A DNA stretch of 64,000 nt, taken from the NCBI GenBank assembly GCA_964402695.1, contig CAYODK010000006.1:2125-66124 (forward strand). Reading direction: 5' to 3'. How positions within the stretch are numbered: the first letter of the stretch is position 1; each line of letters opens with the position of its first letter. The position numbers and the translations under genes are program-made. Of this stretch, positions 18,644 to 29,089 are shown one piece after another. The DNA comes from an uncultured Verrucomicrobiota bacterium. GTDB taxonomy: Bacteria > Verrucomicrobiota > Kiritimatiellia > PWTM01. Below the pieces are notes generated by a model. That model was not told the DNA's origin, searched no databases, and saw only the letters and a list, made by a program, of their open reading frames with translations.

Positions 18644-19972
18644 ATGAAACCGATCATCGAGGTCGAGCACCTCTCGAAGCGATACCGAATCGGTGCGGCG
18701 AGGCGCCGGGGAATGAGTCTTCGCGAGACGTTGTCGGAGCTCGGAACGGATCTCGGCAAGAGGCTCCGGGGTCGAACCGCGCGGGCGACCGGGCCGGACG
18801 AGACGGAGCTGTGGGCGCTCAAGGACGTTTCTTTCTCCGTGGAGACGGGCGACACGCTCGGGATCATCGGGGGGAACGGTGCCGGGAAGTCGACGCTGCT
18901 GAAGGTCCTCTCCAGGATCACGGAGCCGACCGAGGGGCGTGCGCTCCTTCGCGGGAGGGTGGCGAGCCTGCTCGAGGTCGGAACGGGTTTTCACGGAGAC
19001 CTGACCGGCCGCGAGAACGTCTTCCTCAACGGTGCCATCCTGGGCATGCGAGCCCCCGAGATCCGCAGGAAGTTCGACGAGATCGTGGAGTTCTCCGAGA
19101 TCGGGCGACAGATCGACACGCCGGTGAAGCGTTTCTCGAGCGGGATGTACATGCGCCTGGCCTTCGCGGTCGCCGCCCATCTCGAGCCCGAGATCCTGGT
19201 TGTGGACGAGGTGCTTGCGGTGGGGGACGAGGCCTTCCAGAGGAAGTGCCTCGGCAAGATGGAGAGCGTCGCCGGGGAAGGCCGGACGGTGTTGTTCGTG
19301 AGCCACAACATGTCGGCAGTCGAGAAACTGTGCCGAAAGGCGATCTGGCTGAAGGGCGGCCGGATCGAGGCCCAGGGGAAGGACGTTCGGGGAATCCTCA
19401 ACGCGTATCACGAAGCGTCGTCCGGCGGCGCGAGCGGAGCGGCGGAGTCGACGGCCAGCGTGGACTCGCCATGGCTGACGCTGAATGCCTTTCGTCTTGT
19501 CGACGGGGAGGGCCGCACCTTCCGGGGACCGGTGGCGAACGACGAGCCGGCGTTCGTAGAAATCGACCTGACAGTGAAGGACGCAGACCGCCGGCTCGAG
19601 GCGGGCTACACCCTCTACGACGATGAAAGCGCCCCCTTATGGGTGTCGGGGACCATGGATACTGCAGAGGATTCGTGGCCGACGTGGCGGGTGGGACGCC
19701 TGCGTTTCCGGTCCCCCTTACCGCGAAGGCTCCTCAACGAAGGCGGCTATAGGGTGTCGAGCTACGTGGCACTTAGAAACAGCCACTACATTATTCCACC
19801 GGGAGACGGCGCTCCCTCCTTCCGCTTCAGCGTCCGAGGCGGGCTGAACGACTCCCCGGTCTGGAATGGCGCGCGCGCTGGGAGGCTCGCGCCAGTTATT
19901 CGATGGGAGCTGAAGACCGAATCGTTAGGTGGTCCGTGGCTGAGCGGCGAGGCCCGAAAGGGCGAGACATGA
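18644..19972 (+). CDS. wzt: Polysaccharide ABC exporter ATPase (Wzt/KpsT-like) with a roughly 180-aa C-terminal extension (putative glycan-binding domain)
   Basis: Walker A GGNGAGKST, signature FSSGMYMRL and Walker B ILVVDE. The extra C-terminal beta-rich domain is as in O9a-type Wzt. Confidence 0.85.
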   Translation: MKPIIEVEHLSKRYRIGAARRRGMSLRETLSELGTDLGKRLRGRTARATGPDETELWALKDVSFSVETGDTLGIIGGNGAGKSTLLKVLSRITEPTEGRALLRGRVASLLEVGTGFHGDLTGRENVFLNGAILGMRAPEIRRKFDEIVEFSEIGRQIDTPVKRFSSGMYMRLAFAVAAHLEPEILVVDEVLAVGDEAFQRKCLGKMESVAGEGRTVLFVSHNMSAVEKLCRKAIWLKGGRIEAQGKDVRGILNAYHEASSGGASGAAESTASVDSPWLTLNAFRLVDGEGRTFRGPVANDEPAFVEIDLTVKDADRRLEAGYTLYDDESAPLWVSGTMDTAEDSWPTWRVGRLRFRSPLPRRLLNEGGYRVSSYVALRNSHYIIPPGDGAPSFRFSVRGGLNDSPVWNGARAGRLAPVIRWELKTESLGGPWLSGEARKGET

Positions 19973-20156
19973 CACTCGCTCTACCTCGGTCTCGCAGTTG
20001 CAGCCTCGAAGGTCCTGACTGTTCAAAGCCCATCATCGGATCAGGGGCAGATGCTTGGGCGGGGCGGGCAGCCGGTAGGGGCATTCGCGGAATGCAGTGG
20101 GCCGAATTGTACGCTCCGAGCTCCATAACCGGGCGTTCGTCTGAAGGATCACGTTC

Positions 20157-20873
20157 TTGCCGAATGAAGAGTCGGGGGCAGCCGTGAACAGCGAGCAGCA
20201 AGCCGATGGTTCGTTGAGCCCCCGTCGAAGGCTCGGCCGAAGGCTCTTGCGAGCCTTGTCACTGGAGTTTAGGCGTCTTCGCACCGTCGCCCTTGGAAGG
20301 GCAGGAGTCTCGGACATGCGAAGATGGAGCAATATGGCAAATCTCGCCACGGATTGGGACTCTCGGACGAGGCAGATGGCCGGTCTGGTCCGACCGGGGA
20401 CCTCGGTTGTTGAGTTCGGAGCGGGTCGTCAAGTCCTGAAGGACTGCCTGCCGGAGTCCTGCTCGTACACTGCGACGGACTTGATAGAACGAGAGGCAGG
20501 TATGCTTGTCTGTGACCTCAACGGTAAGACCTTGCCGAGTCTGGGCGACTTCGATGTGGCCGTACTGAGCGGAGTGTTGGAGTACGTCAGGGACGTTCCT
20601 CGTCTCGCGACCTACCTTTCTACCTGTGTTGACGAGGTCCTGGTGTCATATGCAGTGGCCGAGAAGACCACGCGTGGACGTCGAGGCCACGGATGGGTGA
20701 ATGACTACGATACGGAGCAGCTGCGGGCGGTCTTTGAAACAGCCGGTTTCCGATGTGGTCTGGTCGAGGACTGGACGAATCAGAAGATCTTCAGATTCAC
20801 GAGGGAGCGGGGAACGGCGCGCGAGCAGGAGGGCGCTCGGACAGGAGTGCACAGGCGGCCTCCGAATTCGTAG
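20157..20873 (+). CDS. Putative SAM-dependent methyltransferase-like protein
   Basis: VVEFGAGRQVL glycine motif. The start is uncertain and the true start may be at an internal Met. The region has lower GC. Confidence 0.45.
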   Translation: MPNEESGAAVNSEQQADGSLSPRRRLGRRLLRALSLEFRRLRTVALGRAGVSDMRRWSNMANLATDWDSRTRQMAGLVRPGTSVVEFGAGRQVLKDCLPESCSYTATDLIEREAGMLVCDLNGKTLPSLGDFDVAVLSGVLEYVRDVPRLATYLSTCVDEVLVSYAVAEKTTRGRRGHGWVNDYDTEQLRAVFETAGFRCGLVEDWTNQKIFRFTRERGTAREQEGARTGVHRRPPNS

Positions 20874-20998
20874 GAAGGACTGTGGAATCAACGGTGCGCT
20901 GGAGCATTCAAGAAGTGCGGTCGGAATGGAGAGAATGGTCCGGCCGGGGGCCAAGTGTCGCTGTTCCGAGAGGTCAAGGGGAGAGGAGCGTCGCTGCA

Positions 20999-22450
20999 AT
21001 GGGAGCCAAGGCGAGAGTGGTCCGCACAGCTGATCCGGTGGGAGACAGCGGCGGAATCCTGAAGCGATCTGGACCCGGGTGCCAGCCCTCGGGCCGGAAG
21101 GCGACTGCTCTCTTCGTTGCCCCGTCTGCCTACATTTTGAGCGGGTTAGCGACGTGGCTCGACTATCTCGTCCCCGGGCTCGAGGAGCGCGGCTGGAATG
21201 TGGTGCTGGGACTCGTGACGGGTACCGGGCACGACTTCGGTGCGTATCGCAGCGTTCATTCCCGTGGGACGGCCATTCCCATCTCGAACCGGACCGGGAG
21301 CCACGAGGGGAGGGTCCGGGCGATTCAGTCGGCCATTCGCGAAGTCGGCGCCGACATCGCGATCAGCGTGAACATCCCGGACACGTTCAAGGCCGTGGCG
21401 CGAGTTCGGCGCGAAGGGGGAGGGACGAAGGCGGTTCAATCGATCCATTCCATCGACGAATGGACGGTCGACGATGCGAAGCGCTGGTCGGCGGTCCTGG
21501 ACGGCATCGTCTCGACGAACGCGCTCCCTTGCCGACTCGTCCGGGAGGTCTGCGGTCTTCATTCGCCCGCGGTCTTTCACGCGCCCTGCGGGGTGGAGGT
21601 CGGTCCTTTGAGAGCGGCGAGGGAGCTGGAGGGCGGATCGCTTCGCATCGCTTTCGTTGGGCGGCTCGTGGTCGAACAGAAGAGGGCGCTCGACTTGCTC
21701 GAGATCGCTGCGGAGATGGACAGGCGATCGTTCGGCTGGCACGTGACGATCGCCGGAGCTGGCGAGGCGGAGGAAACGCTGAGGCGGGAGCTCTCGAGGA
21801 AGTGGAAGAACGGGGCGGTGGAGTTCCTGGGGTTCGTGGCGCCAGGCGACCTCCCCGCGTCGGTCTACTCGAGGGCGGACGTGCTCCTGGTGACGTCCTC
21901 GTGGGAGACGGGACCGATCGTGATCTGGGAGGCGATGGGAAACGGGCTGGCGGTCCTGAGCAGCAGGTACGTCGGTTCCGGTGCCGAAGGGAGCCTCAGG
22001 GAGGATGAGAACTGCCTGATGTTCCCTGTGGGCGACGCGAGGGAGGCGGCGAATCAGCTCGAGCGGCTGACTGACGCTGCGCTGAGAGAGAGGCTCTCCA
22101 GGGGCGGAAGGGCGCTCGTGGAGCGGAACTACACCCGGGAAGCGTCGATCGTCCGTTGGGATGAGGCTCTCCGGTCCATTCTCGCCGGGCCGCCGCGTGG
22201 CCCGGTGCCGGACGCGCTCTTGAGGGTCCCGCCAGCTGGCCGGCTCGACCGGTGGCTCGGCCCGGGTCTGGGCGAGCGGGTCCGTCGCGCGATCGGCTGC
22301 CGCTTTCCGCACACGTCGCCGGGATCCGAATGGCCGCACACCTATAGCGGTGCGGCGGGCGGTGGGACCTTCGAGAGGTGGGCAAGGTCGTTGGATGTGA
22401 CCCCGCCACGACGTGCCCAGAGTACTTGCCTGGAGGCAGAGCCGTCTTGA
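20999..22450 (+). CDS. GT-B glycosyltransferase (GT4)
   Basis: WETGPIVIWEAMGNGLAVLSS. The first in-frame ATG that follows the low-GC intergenic region. Confidence 0.7.
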   Translation: MGAKARVVRTADPVGDSGGILKRSGPGCQPSGRKATALFVAPSAYILSGLATWLDYLVPGLEERGWNVVLGLVTGTGHDFGAYRSVHSRGTAIPISNRTGSHEGRVRAIQSAIREVGADIAISVNIPDTFKAVARVRREGGGTKAVQSIHSIDEWTVDDAKRWSAVLDGIVSTNALPCRLVREVCGLHSPAVFHAPCGVEVGPLRAARELEGGSLRIAFVGRLVVEQKRALDLLEIAAEMDRRSFGWHVTIAGAGEAEETLRRELSRKWKNGAVEFLGFVAPGDLPASVYSRADVLLVTSSWETGPIVIWEAMGNGLAVLSSRYVGSGAEGSLREDENCLMFPVGDAREAANQLERLTDAALRERLSRGGRALVERNYTREASIVRWDEALRSILAGPPRGPVPDALLRVPPAGRLDRWLGPGLGERVRRAIGCRFPHTSPGSEWPHTYSGAAGGGTFERWARSLDVTPPRRAQSTCLEAEPS

Positions 22451-22500
22451 GGGATGGAAACCGGACCGTTCGTACCGGCACCGGGTCCGGCCCCCCGAAG

Positions 22501-23457
22501 GTGTCGGTCGTAATGCCGGCCTATTCGGCGGAACAGTTTCTCGACACCGCGGTCGAGAGCGTGGTCCATCAAAGCCTCGCGGACTGGGAGCTCGTCGCCG
22601 TCGACGACAACAGCCCCGACGGAACGGCTTCGAAGCTGAATGGCTGGGCCGATCGTGACGACCGGATTCGGGTCCACGCGAACCCGCTCCGCCGGGGCGT
22701 GACGGGGAACTGGAACGAGTGCCTCCGCCGCGCGACTGGTGAGTACGTCGTCAAGCTGGACGCGGACGACGCCTTCCGGCCGCGTGCACTCGAGTTGCTC
22801 GTCGATGCGGCGTCGCCCGACGGACGGGTCGGAGCCGGAATCCGCGCGCTCGTCTGCGACGGCGCCCTGGAGCCGCTCGGCGGCTACCCGTCGGACGAGC
22901 CGTTGCGTCGGGCGGGTCTCGACCCGTACGCCGACCACGTCCTGTCCTGCCGTCGCTGGTACGAGCTCGCAATAGAGGGGATCCAGCTCTGGAACGGAGA
23001 CGCATTCATGGCGAGGCGGTCCCTGCTCCTCGAGATGGGCGGCCTCGACGAGACCTTCGGTTGCCCGTCGGACACCGACCTCCTCATTCGGCTGCTCGAG
23101 CGTGATGGGTCGTTCGCCCACGTGGGGTATCCCGGGCTCCTCTATCGGAGGCACGAAGGCTCGACGAGCGACGTAGCGCGAAGGACCGAGGGGCTGGCTT
23201 GGGAGGGGCAGGTCCTGCTGCTCGCGTCGCTGGCCCGAGCGCGGCGAGGCCGACGACTCACCCGATCTGAGGCACGGCGGTACGTCCGACTCTGGGACGG
23301 GTGGCAGCGCTACGGCGAGATAGCGGAGGGGAAGCGAGCCATTCCCGGTGAGCGTTTCGAGAAGCTCTCGACCCTCTTCGCCGGGATCGAGCCGCCGCCG
23401 CTCACCGACAGAATCCTCGTCAGGGGGCGCGACTGGCTCTCCTCTCGAATGGGATGA
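22501..23457 (+). CDS. GT-A glycosyltransferase family 2
   Basis: (V/M)SVVMPAYSAEQFLDTAVESV...VDDNSPDGT. Probable GTG start at 22501 or ATG at 22513. Confidence 0.75.
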   Translation: MSVVMPAYSAEQFLDTAVESVVHQSLADWELVAVDDNSPDGTASKLNGWADRDDRIRVHANPLRRGVTGNWNECLRRATGEYVVKLDADDAFRPRALELLVDAASPDGRVGAGIRALVCDGALEPLGGYPSDEPLRRAGLDPYADHVLSCRRWYELAIEGIQLWNGDAFMARRSLLLEMGGLDETFGCPSDTDLLIRLLERDGSFAHVGYPGLLYRRHEGSTSDVARRTEGLAWEGQVLLLASLARARRGRRLTRSEARRYVRLWDGWQRYGEIAEGKRAIPGERFEKLSTLFAGIEPPPLTDRILVRGRDWLSSRMG

Positions 23458-24467
23458 CGAAGGCCATGGAAGGCGAGGTCGTTCCAGGCCTCGTGTCCGT
23501 CATCATCCCGGTGTTCAACCGGACGGAGATGCTCCGCGAGGCGGTTGCCTGCGTAGAGGCCCAGGTCTACCGCCCTCTCGAGATCATCCTGGTCGATGAC
23601 GGCTCGACGGACGGCACCGGGGGCTTCTGCGACGAGCTGGCCCGCAACAGCCCGGACATGGTGAGAGCGATCCATCGCCCGAATGGCGGGCCCGGTGCGG
23701 CGAGGGAGTCGGGCCGACGAGCTGCGCGGGGTGAGTTCGTCCAGTACCTCGACAGCGATGACTGGCTCGACCCCAGGAAGCTCGAGCTGCAGGTGGCCGC
23801 CCTCAGACGCGACGCCGCGGCGGATCTCGCGTACTGCGCGAGCCAGGTCCGGCACCTGGCGGCAGGTCCCGACGCCAGGCCTCGGGTGGAGACGACCGGC
23901 CCGCTGAAGGCGATCTTCCCGCGGTTCCTCTCCGGGAGGCTCTGGAGGACGATGACGCCGCTCTACCGGCGTGAGTTCTCGGACCGAATGGGCCCGTGGA
24001 CGGACCTGCGGCAGGAGGAAGACCTGGAGTACGACGCCCGGGCAGGGGCGCTCGGGGCGCGACTGGTCTACTGCGACGAGGTGCTCGCCGAGAACCGGCA
24101 CCACCTCGGCGCCAGGGCGGGAGGGGCCTCGCAGATAGACGAGCGGCGGATGAGGGCGCGGTGCGAGTCGCACCGGATGGTCTATGCGCACGCGCGGGCG
24201 GCGGGCGTCGACCCCTCCTCGCCCGACATGCAGCGGTACGCGCGCGAGCTGTTCCACCTCGCGAGGCTCAGCGGCGCAGCCGGATTCGTGGGCGAATCGC
24301 GAGAGCTGTTCCGGCTCGCACGCGAGGCCTCCGGGCCTCGGCGTGCCGCGGGGCCCGACTTCCTCTTCTACCGGGCGGCAGCGGCCGTCTCGGGGTGGAG
24401 GTCCGCGGGGCGGCTTGCAGGGGCCGTTGAGTCGCTCCGCGCACGAATGGCGAAGGGGTCGGATTGA
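23454..24467 (+). CDS. GT-A glycosyltransferase family 2
   Basis: VSVIIPVFNRTEMLREAV...VDDGSTDGT and DSDD motifs. Confidence 0.8.
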   Translation: MTKAMEGEVVPGLVSVIIPVFNRTEMLREAVACVEAQVYRPLEIILVDDGSTDGTGGFCDELARNSPDMVRAIHRPNGGPGAARESGRRAARGEFVQYLDSDDWLDPRKLELQVAALRRDAAADLAYCASQVRHLAAGPDARPRVETTGPLKAIFPRFLSGRLWRTMTPLYRREFSDRMGPWTDLRQEEDLEYDARAGALGARLVYCDEVLAENRHHLGARAGGASQIDERRMRARCESHRMVYAHARAAGVDPSSPDMQRYARELFHLARLSGAAGFVGESRELFRLAREASGPRRAAGPDFLFYRAAAAVSGWRSAGRLAGAVESLRARMAKGSD

Positions 24468-25411
24468 GCGTGACGCCGCTGGTCTCCGTCGTCGTTTCGG
24501 TCTACAACGGTGAGCGCTACCTCCGGGTTTCGCTCGAGAGCGTCCTGGCGCAGGAAGGTGTTGACCTCGAGGTGCTCGTCGTGGACGACGGGTCCTCCGA
24601 CGCGACGCCGAAGATCGCCGCGGAGTACGAGAAGCGGGATGCCCGAGTGAGGTGCATCCGGCAGGACAACACTGGGCTGACTCGGGCCCTCGCCCGGGGA
24701 TGCGCGGAGGCGCGGGGTACCTACATCGCGCGGCAGGACGACGACGACGTCTCGGCCCCCGGCCGGCTGGTGAAGCTCGCGTCCACGCTCGACGCGAGCC
24801 CCGGCGTCGCCGTCGTGGCGAGCTGGGTGGACGTGATCGGGCCGGGGGGAGAGTTCCTGCACACGATCGAGTACCCCGAAGGGGCCGTGGCGGGCACGGA
24901 GGCTGTGCTCGTTCACGGGCGAAATCCCGTCCATGGGGCGACGATGTTCCGGAAGGCTGATTACGAGTCGGTGGGCGGCTACCGGCCGGAGTTCTACTTC
25001 GCCCAGGACGCGGACCTCTGGCTTCGGCTCGCTGGCCGGGGAGAGTTCCTTTTCGTACCGGAGGTTCTCTACCGCTTCCGCGTCCAGGACGGGAGCATCT
25101 CGACTCACCACCGCGAGGCGCAGCGCCGGCTTCATGCACTCGCGCAGAGCTGCCGGGATGCGAGAGAGGCCGGAGCGCCGGAGGACGCTCTGCTCGCGGA
25201 GGCGGCCGGCATTCGGCCGGTCCAGAGGGAGGCGGCGCGTTCCGGAAAGGGCTCGTCGTCGTACTTCATAGGGCGCACGCTCTACAGGAACGGCGATGCA
25301 CGGGCCCTTCCCTACCTGAAGGCCTTCGTTCGCCAGCAACCCCTCAGCGCGAAGGGCTGGGTAAGCCTCGCACTCGCCGCGGTCCTCCTCCGCGGGTCCG
25401 AAACCCGATGA
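24464..25411 (+). CDS. GT-A glycosyltransferase family 2
   Basis: VSVVVSVYNGERYLRVSLESV...VDDGSSDAT, QDDDD. Confidence 0.8.
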   Translation: MSVTPLVSVVVSVYNGERYLRVSLESVLAQEGVDLEVLVVDDGSSDATPKIAAEYEKRDARVRCIRQDNTGLTRALARGCAEARGTYIARQDDDDVSAPGRLVKLASTLDASPGVAVVASWVDVIGPGGEFLHTIEYPEGAVAGTEAVLVHGRNPVHGATMFRKADYESVGGYRPEFYFAQDADLWLRLAGRGEFLFVPEVLYRFRVQDGSISTHHREAQRRLHALAQSCRDAREAGAPEDALLAEAAGIRPVQREAARSGKGSSSYFIGRTLYRNGDARALPYLKAFVRQQPLSAKGWVSLALAAVLLRGSETR

Positions 25412-26631
25412 GAGGCTCGTTGGAGGACGGTCGGCCGAGGCTCGCGGTCGTCGTAAGCCATCCTATCCAGCACTTCGCCCCCCTCTACCGCGAGCTGGCC
25501 GCGCAAGGCCGGGTCGACTTGCGCGTCCTTTTCTGCTGCGACTGGGGAGTGAGGGCCTACCACGACCCCGCGTTCGACCGCGTCGTCGAGTGGGACGTGC
25601 CGCTCCTCGAAGGGTACGACCACGAGTTCCTTCCCATCGTCCGCAGACCCCGGGAGATCTCGTTTCTCGAGGTCGACAATCCCGGCGTAGGAGCCCGCCT
25701 CGAGGCCTTCGCGCCCGACGTCGTACTCGTCCACGGCTACGGCTGCCGTACGATGTGGAGGGCCGTCTCGTGGGCACGCCGCAACGGCGCCCTGGCCCTC
25801 CTCAGCTCCGATTCGCACGCGGGGCGACCGACGGCGACCTGGAAGCGGCTCCTGAAGCGCGCCATCGTCGGATTGTTCTACCGAAGGCTCGACGGCGCAC
25901 TCGCCGTCGGGGCGAGCAACCGGGCTTACCACGAGCGTTTCGGCCTCCCCGCAGGCCGGATCTTCCCCGCCGTGCTCCCGGTGGACGGAGGGCGGCTCCT
26001 TTCGAGAACGGGTGATCGGGCTCAGGCGAGGAAAGCCGTTCGGGAGAGCCTGGGGGTCCCGGAGGGGGCGGTCGTTGCCCTGTTCTGCGGGAACCTCACC
26101 CCGTGGAAACGCCCGGGAGACTTCGCGGAAGCGATCGACCGCGGAGCGAAGGTTGAACCGCGCCTCCGGGGCCTCGTTGTCGGTGACGGGCCGGAAAGGC
26201 CCGCGGTCGAGAGCATCGCTCGCCGAGCCGATCGTCGCAGTCTCCACCTCGCCGGATTCGTGAACCAGTCCGAGATCGGGCGGTACTACGCAGCGGCAGA
26301 CCTCCTCGTCCTGACCTCCGAGAGAGACGCCCATCCCCTTGTCGTGACGGAGGCGCTCTTCTTCGGCCTGCCGGTCGTCCTCAGCGACCGGATCGGGTGC
26401 ATAGGGCCGGAGGACACGGCGCGGCCGGGCACCAACGCGCTCGTCTTCCCCTGTGGGGACGTGGCGCGGCTCTCCGCGCTACTCGTCGACCTGACGCGTG
26501 ACCCGGAGCGGCGCAACGGTCTCGGCGAGGGATCGCGCTCGATCGCGCCGCTTCACGACGCCGGGGAGGCGGCCCGGCTCCTCTCGAACGCCGTGAGCAC
26601 GTCGCTGGATCGGGGCTGCAGGATTGACTGA
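25408..26631 (+). CDS. GT-B glycosyltransferase (GT4)
   Basis: The E..E motif region EALFFGLPVVLSDRIG fits a GT-B enzyme. Confidence 0.75.
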   Translation: MRGSLEDGRPRLAVVVSHPIQHFAPLYRELAAQGRVDLRVLFCCDWGVRAYHDPAFDRVVEWDVPLLEGYDHEFLPIVRRPREISFLEVDNPGVGARLEAFAPDVVLVHGYGCRTMWRAVSWARRNGALALLSSDSHAGRPTATWKRLLKRAIVGLFYRRLDGALAVGASNRAYHERFGLPAGRIFPAVLPVDGGRLLSRTGDRAQARKAVRESLGVPEGAVVALFCGNLTPWKRPGDFAEAIDRGAKVEPRLRGLVVGDGPERPAVESIARRADRRSLHLAGFVNQSEIGRYYAAADLLVLTSERDAHPLVVTEALFFGLPVVLSDRIGCIGPEDTARPGTNALVFPCGDVARLSALLVDLTRDPERRNGLGEGSRSIAPLHDAGEAARLLSNAVSTSLDRGCRID

Positions 26632-27610
26632 GGAGGAGGCCGGCACGCGCGTCCCCTTCGCGGCCGGGGCCGTCGCGATCTCCGTCGTCATCCCTTCCTA
26701 CCAGCGGGAGGAGGTACTCGTCGGGACGCTCCACTCGGTCCTTTCCCAGTGCCGGCCGGGCGACGAAGTGATCGTGGTGGACCAGACGCCTCGGCACGAA
26801 CCCGTCACGGAGGCGGCGCTCTCCGAGCTGGATCGGCGTGGGGCGATCCGCTGGGTGCGGAAGTCCAAGCCGAGCATCTGCGAGGCGATGAACCTCGGCG
26901 CGGCTCTCGCGGGTGGCGAACTCGTCGTCTTCCTGGACGACGATGCCCGGCCCATCGAGGGTTTCCTGGAGGTCTACCGGCGTGAGTTCGGTTCCTCCGG
27001 AGCGCCCCTGGCGGCGTGCGGGCAGATCCTTCAGCCATGGGACGACGGGCCGTCCGACGACCCGGGAGACGTCGAGGGGGCCTTCAACTTCGCCTACCGA
27101 GATCGGACAGAGATCGTCGGCGTGATGGCGGGCAACTTCGCGGTCCGCCGGGACGTCTTCCTCGAGGTCGGGGGGATGGACGAGAGCTTCCGTGGCGGTG
27201 CCTACCGTTGCGACTCGGAGGTTGGCTACCGCTTGCTGTCGCGAACCGGCAAGAAGACCCGGTTCCTCCCGGAGGCCGGAGTCAGACACCTGCAGGCGGA
27301 TGGCGGGACACGGGCACACGGCCACAAGGACACCTGGAAGGCGATCGAGTCCGCGATCGGCGACTACTACTTCGGGATGCGGTGCCTTCCGCCTGCTCGG
27401 GCATTTCGGCACTCCGTCCAGCGCATGTGCCGGGCTCCGATCAACAGGAACACGCTCAAGCGTCCGTGGCTCATCGGCTCCGTCCTGGTGCGCGAGGTGG
27501 TCGCGTGGTGCCGTGCCCTGGGGCGCGCGGGATCCGGTCCGGGAGCGTTCATCCGACCGGTCTCTTCCTACGACGACGTCGTAGTGGGGCGAGACGGGCC
27601 GCGGCCGTGA
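26624..27610 (+). CDS. GT-A glycosyltransferase family 2
   Basis: ISVVIPSYQREEVL...VVDQTP...FLDDD. Confidence 0.7.
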   Translation: MTEEEAGTRVPFAAGAVAISVVIPSYQREEVLVGTLHSVLSQCRPGDEVIVVDQTPRHEPVTEAALSELDRRGAIRWVRKSKPSICEAMNLGAALAGGELVVFLDDDARPIEGFLEVYRREFGSSGAPLAACGQILQPWDDGPSDDPGDVEGAFNFAYRDRTEIVGVMAGNFAVRRDVFLEVGGMDESFRGGAYRCDSEVGYRLLSRTGKKTRFLPEAGVRHLQADGGTRAHGHKDTWKAIESAIGDYYFGMRCLPPARAFRHSVQRMCRAPINRNTLKRPWLIGSVLVREVVAWCRALGRAGSGPGAFIRPVSSYDDVVVGRDGPRP

Positions 27611-27624
27611 AGAGAGCCTGAACG

Positions 27625-29031
27625 GTGGCGTTGCTCGTCCTTGCCATCGCGGTACTGGCGACGGTCTGCTTCGCGAACGCGGGCCTCGGGATGATCCTCG
27701 TCGTCGTCGCGGGGTACGTCCAGGATCCGCTGCGGAAGCTGGCTCCGGGGGCGCCGGTTGCCTTCGTCCTCATCGTCCTCGTGCTCTACGGCGCGGTCGT
27801 CGCGGGCCTCCTCTTCGGCGGCGGGTTCAGGCCACTGCAGTTGTCGTCGGTTTTCCGGAAGCTCCAAAGTCCCTTCAGCCTGTTCCTCCTCGTCGTCGCC
27901 GTCCAGAGCGTGAACTCGTACTTCCGGAGCGGCAGCCCTGCTCTCTCCGCGATCGGGTTCGTCAGCTACGTGGCGCCCGCGTTGGCGGGCAGCGTCGGCT
28001 TCGTGATGGCCTTGAAGCCCGAACGCTTCCTGAGGATCCTGCGGGTCTACACCTGGTGGGGTCTCGCTGCGGCGGCGACCGTGCTGGTCGCCCGCTTCAT
28101 CCCGGACGCGAGGATCCTCCAGCCCCTCGGCACCGGAGTGATGGTCTACGGCGAGAACCTGGGGGTCAGGCTGGCGACCGGGATCCTCCGGACCTCCGAG
28201 GTCGCTGCGTGGCATGCGGCCACGACGGGCTGCGTGCTGATGATCCTGCTCACCTTGGGACGGAAGGAGCGACGGACGAGGCTCCCGCTCGCGATAGGCG
28301 CTGCGGGGATCCCGATCGTCATTCTGGCCGTTCTCTGGACGGGGCGACGAAAGGCGCTCGTCGAGGTCGCCATCTTCGTCATCATCTTCGGCATTCTCCT
28401 GTTGCGTCTCCGCGGCGCGAACCGGCGTCTCCTCGGCGCCCTGGCGATCGGGGGAGGCATCCTCGCCTATCAGGTGATCGAAGGCGCATGGTCCGCGGAC
28501 TCTTCACGAGAGGCGAGCTACCTGCTCGAAAGGGGAAGGGGAACGACCTCGGAGGGCAGTACCCGTCTACGCGGCGCCATCTCTTCCGTTTCGATCGCGC
28601 TTCAGCGGAACGGCGTATTCGGAGTGGGCGCTGGCGCCGCAGCGCAGGGGACGCAGTACTTCGGGGGCTCGGGTCAGGCCGGGTGGGAGGCCGAGTACGG
28701 AATCGGCCGGCTCGTAACGGAGCTGGGGCTCCCGGGGCTGGCCGCCCTAGGGTGGATGCTCATACGACTTCTGGTGGTCGTCCGGCAGGGTCTCCGGGTG
28801 CTCGCGCGCTACAGCCCGGAGAAGGCGAAAATCGCCTTCGGGCTCGCCGCCCTTCTCGGCGCAAATGCGGCGGTCTTCGTCACCGCTGCTCAGATCTTCG
28901 GCGACCCATTCGTGTACCTCTTCCTCGGTACGGTGGCTGGGGGACTGGGAGGTCTGATCGAACAGGCCGGCCGGGTCGTTGGGGAGGCCCCGGTCGTGAT
29001 CACGGTCGGCCAGGGCGCGCTTTCGAGATGA
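27625..29031 (+). CDS. O-antigen ligase/polymerase-like (Wzy_C-type) integral membrane protein
   Basis: About 10-12 TM helices. The loop motif EAEYGIGRLVTELGLPG resembles the Wzy_C periplasmic loop. Confidence 0.55.
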   Translation: MALLVLAIAVLATVCFANAGLGMILVVVAGYVQDPLRKLAPGAPVAFVLIVLVLYGAVVAGLLFGGGFRPLQLSSVFRKLQSPFSLFLLVVAVQSVNSYFRSGSPALSAIGFVSYVAPALAGSVGFVMALKPERFLRILRVYTWWGLAAAATVLVARFIPDARILQPLGTGVMVYGENLGVRLATGILRTSEVAAWHAATTGCVLMILLTLGRKERRTRLPLAIGAAGIPIVILAVLWTGRRKALVEVAIFVIIFGILLLRLRGANRRLLGALAIGGGILAYQVIEGAWSADSSREASYLLERGRGTTSEGSTRLRGAISSVSIALQRNGVFGVGAGAAAQGTQYFGGSGQAGWEAEYGIGRLVTELGLPGLAALGWMLIRLLVVVRQGLRVLARYSPEKAKIAFGLAALLGANAAVFVTAAQIFGDPFVYLFLGTVAGGLGGLIEQAGRVVGEAPVVITVGQGALSR

Positions 29032-29089
29032 AACGGGCGGACACCGGACCCGTCGACACGCCCGATGGCGTTGCCACAGGTGACGGACC

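Noticed and set aside
19973-20156. Lower-GC intergenic region after wzt examined for a tRNA or small RNA.
   Set aside because: No cloverleaf-compatible conserved tRNA motifs (no GTTCRA T-loop, no CCA-proximal acceptor pairing) were found by eye.
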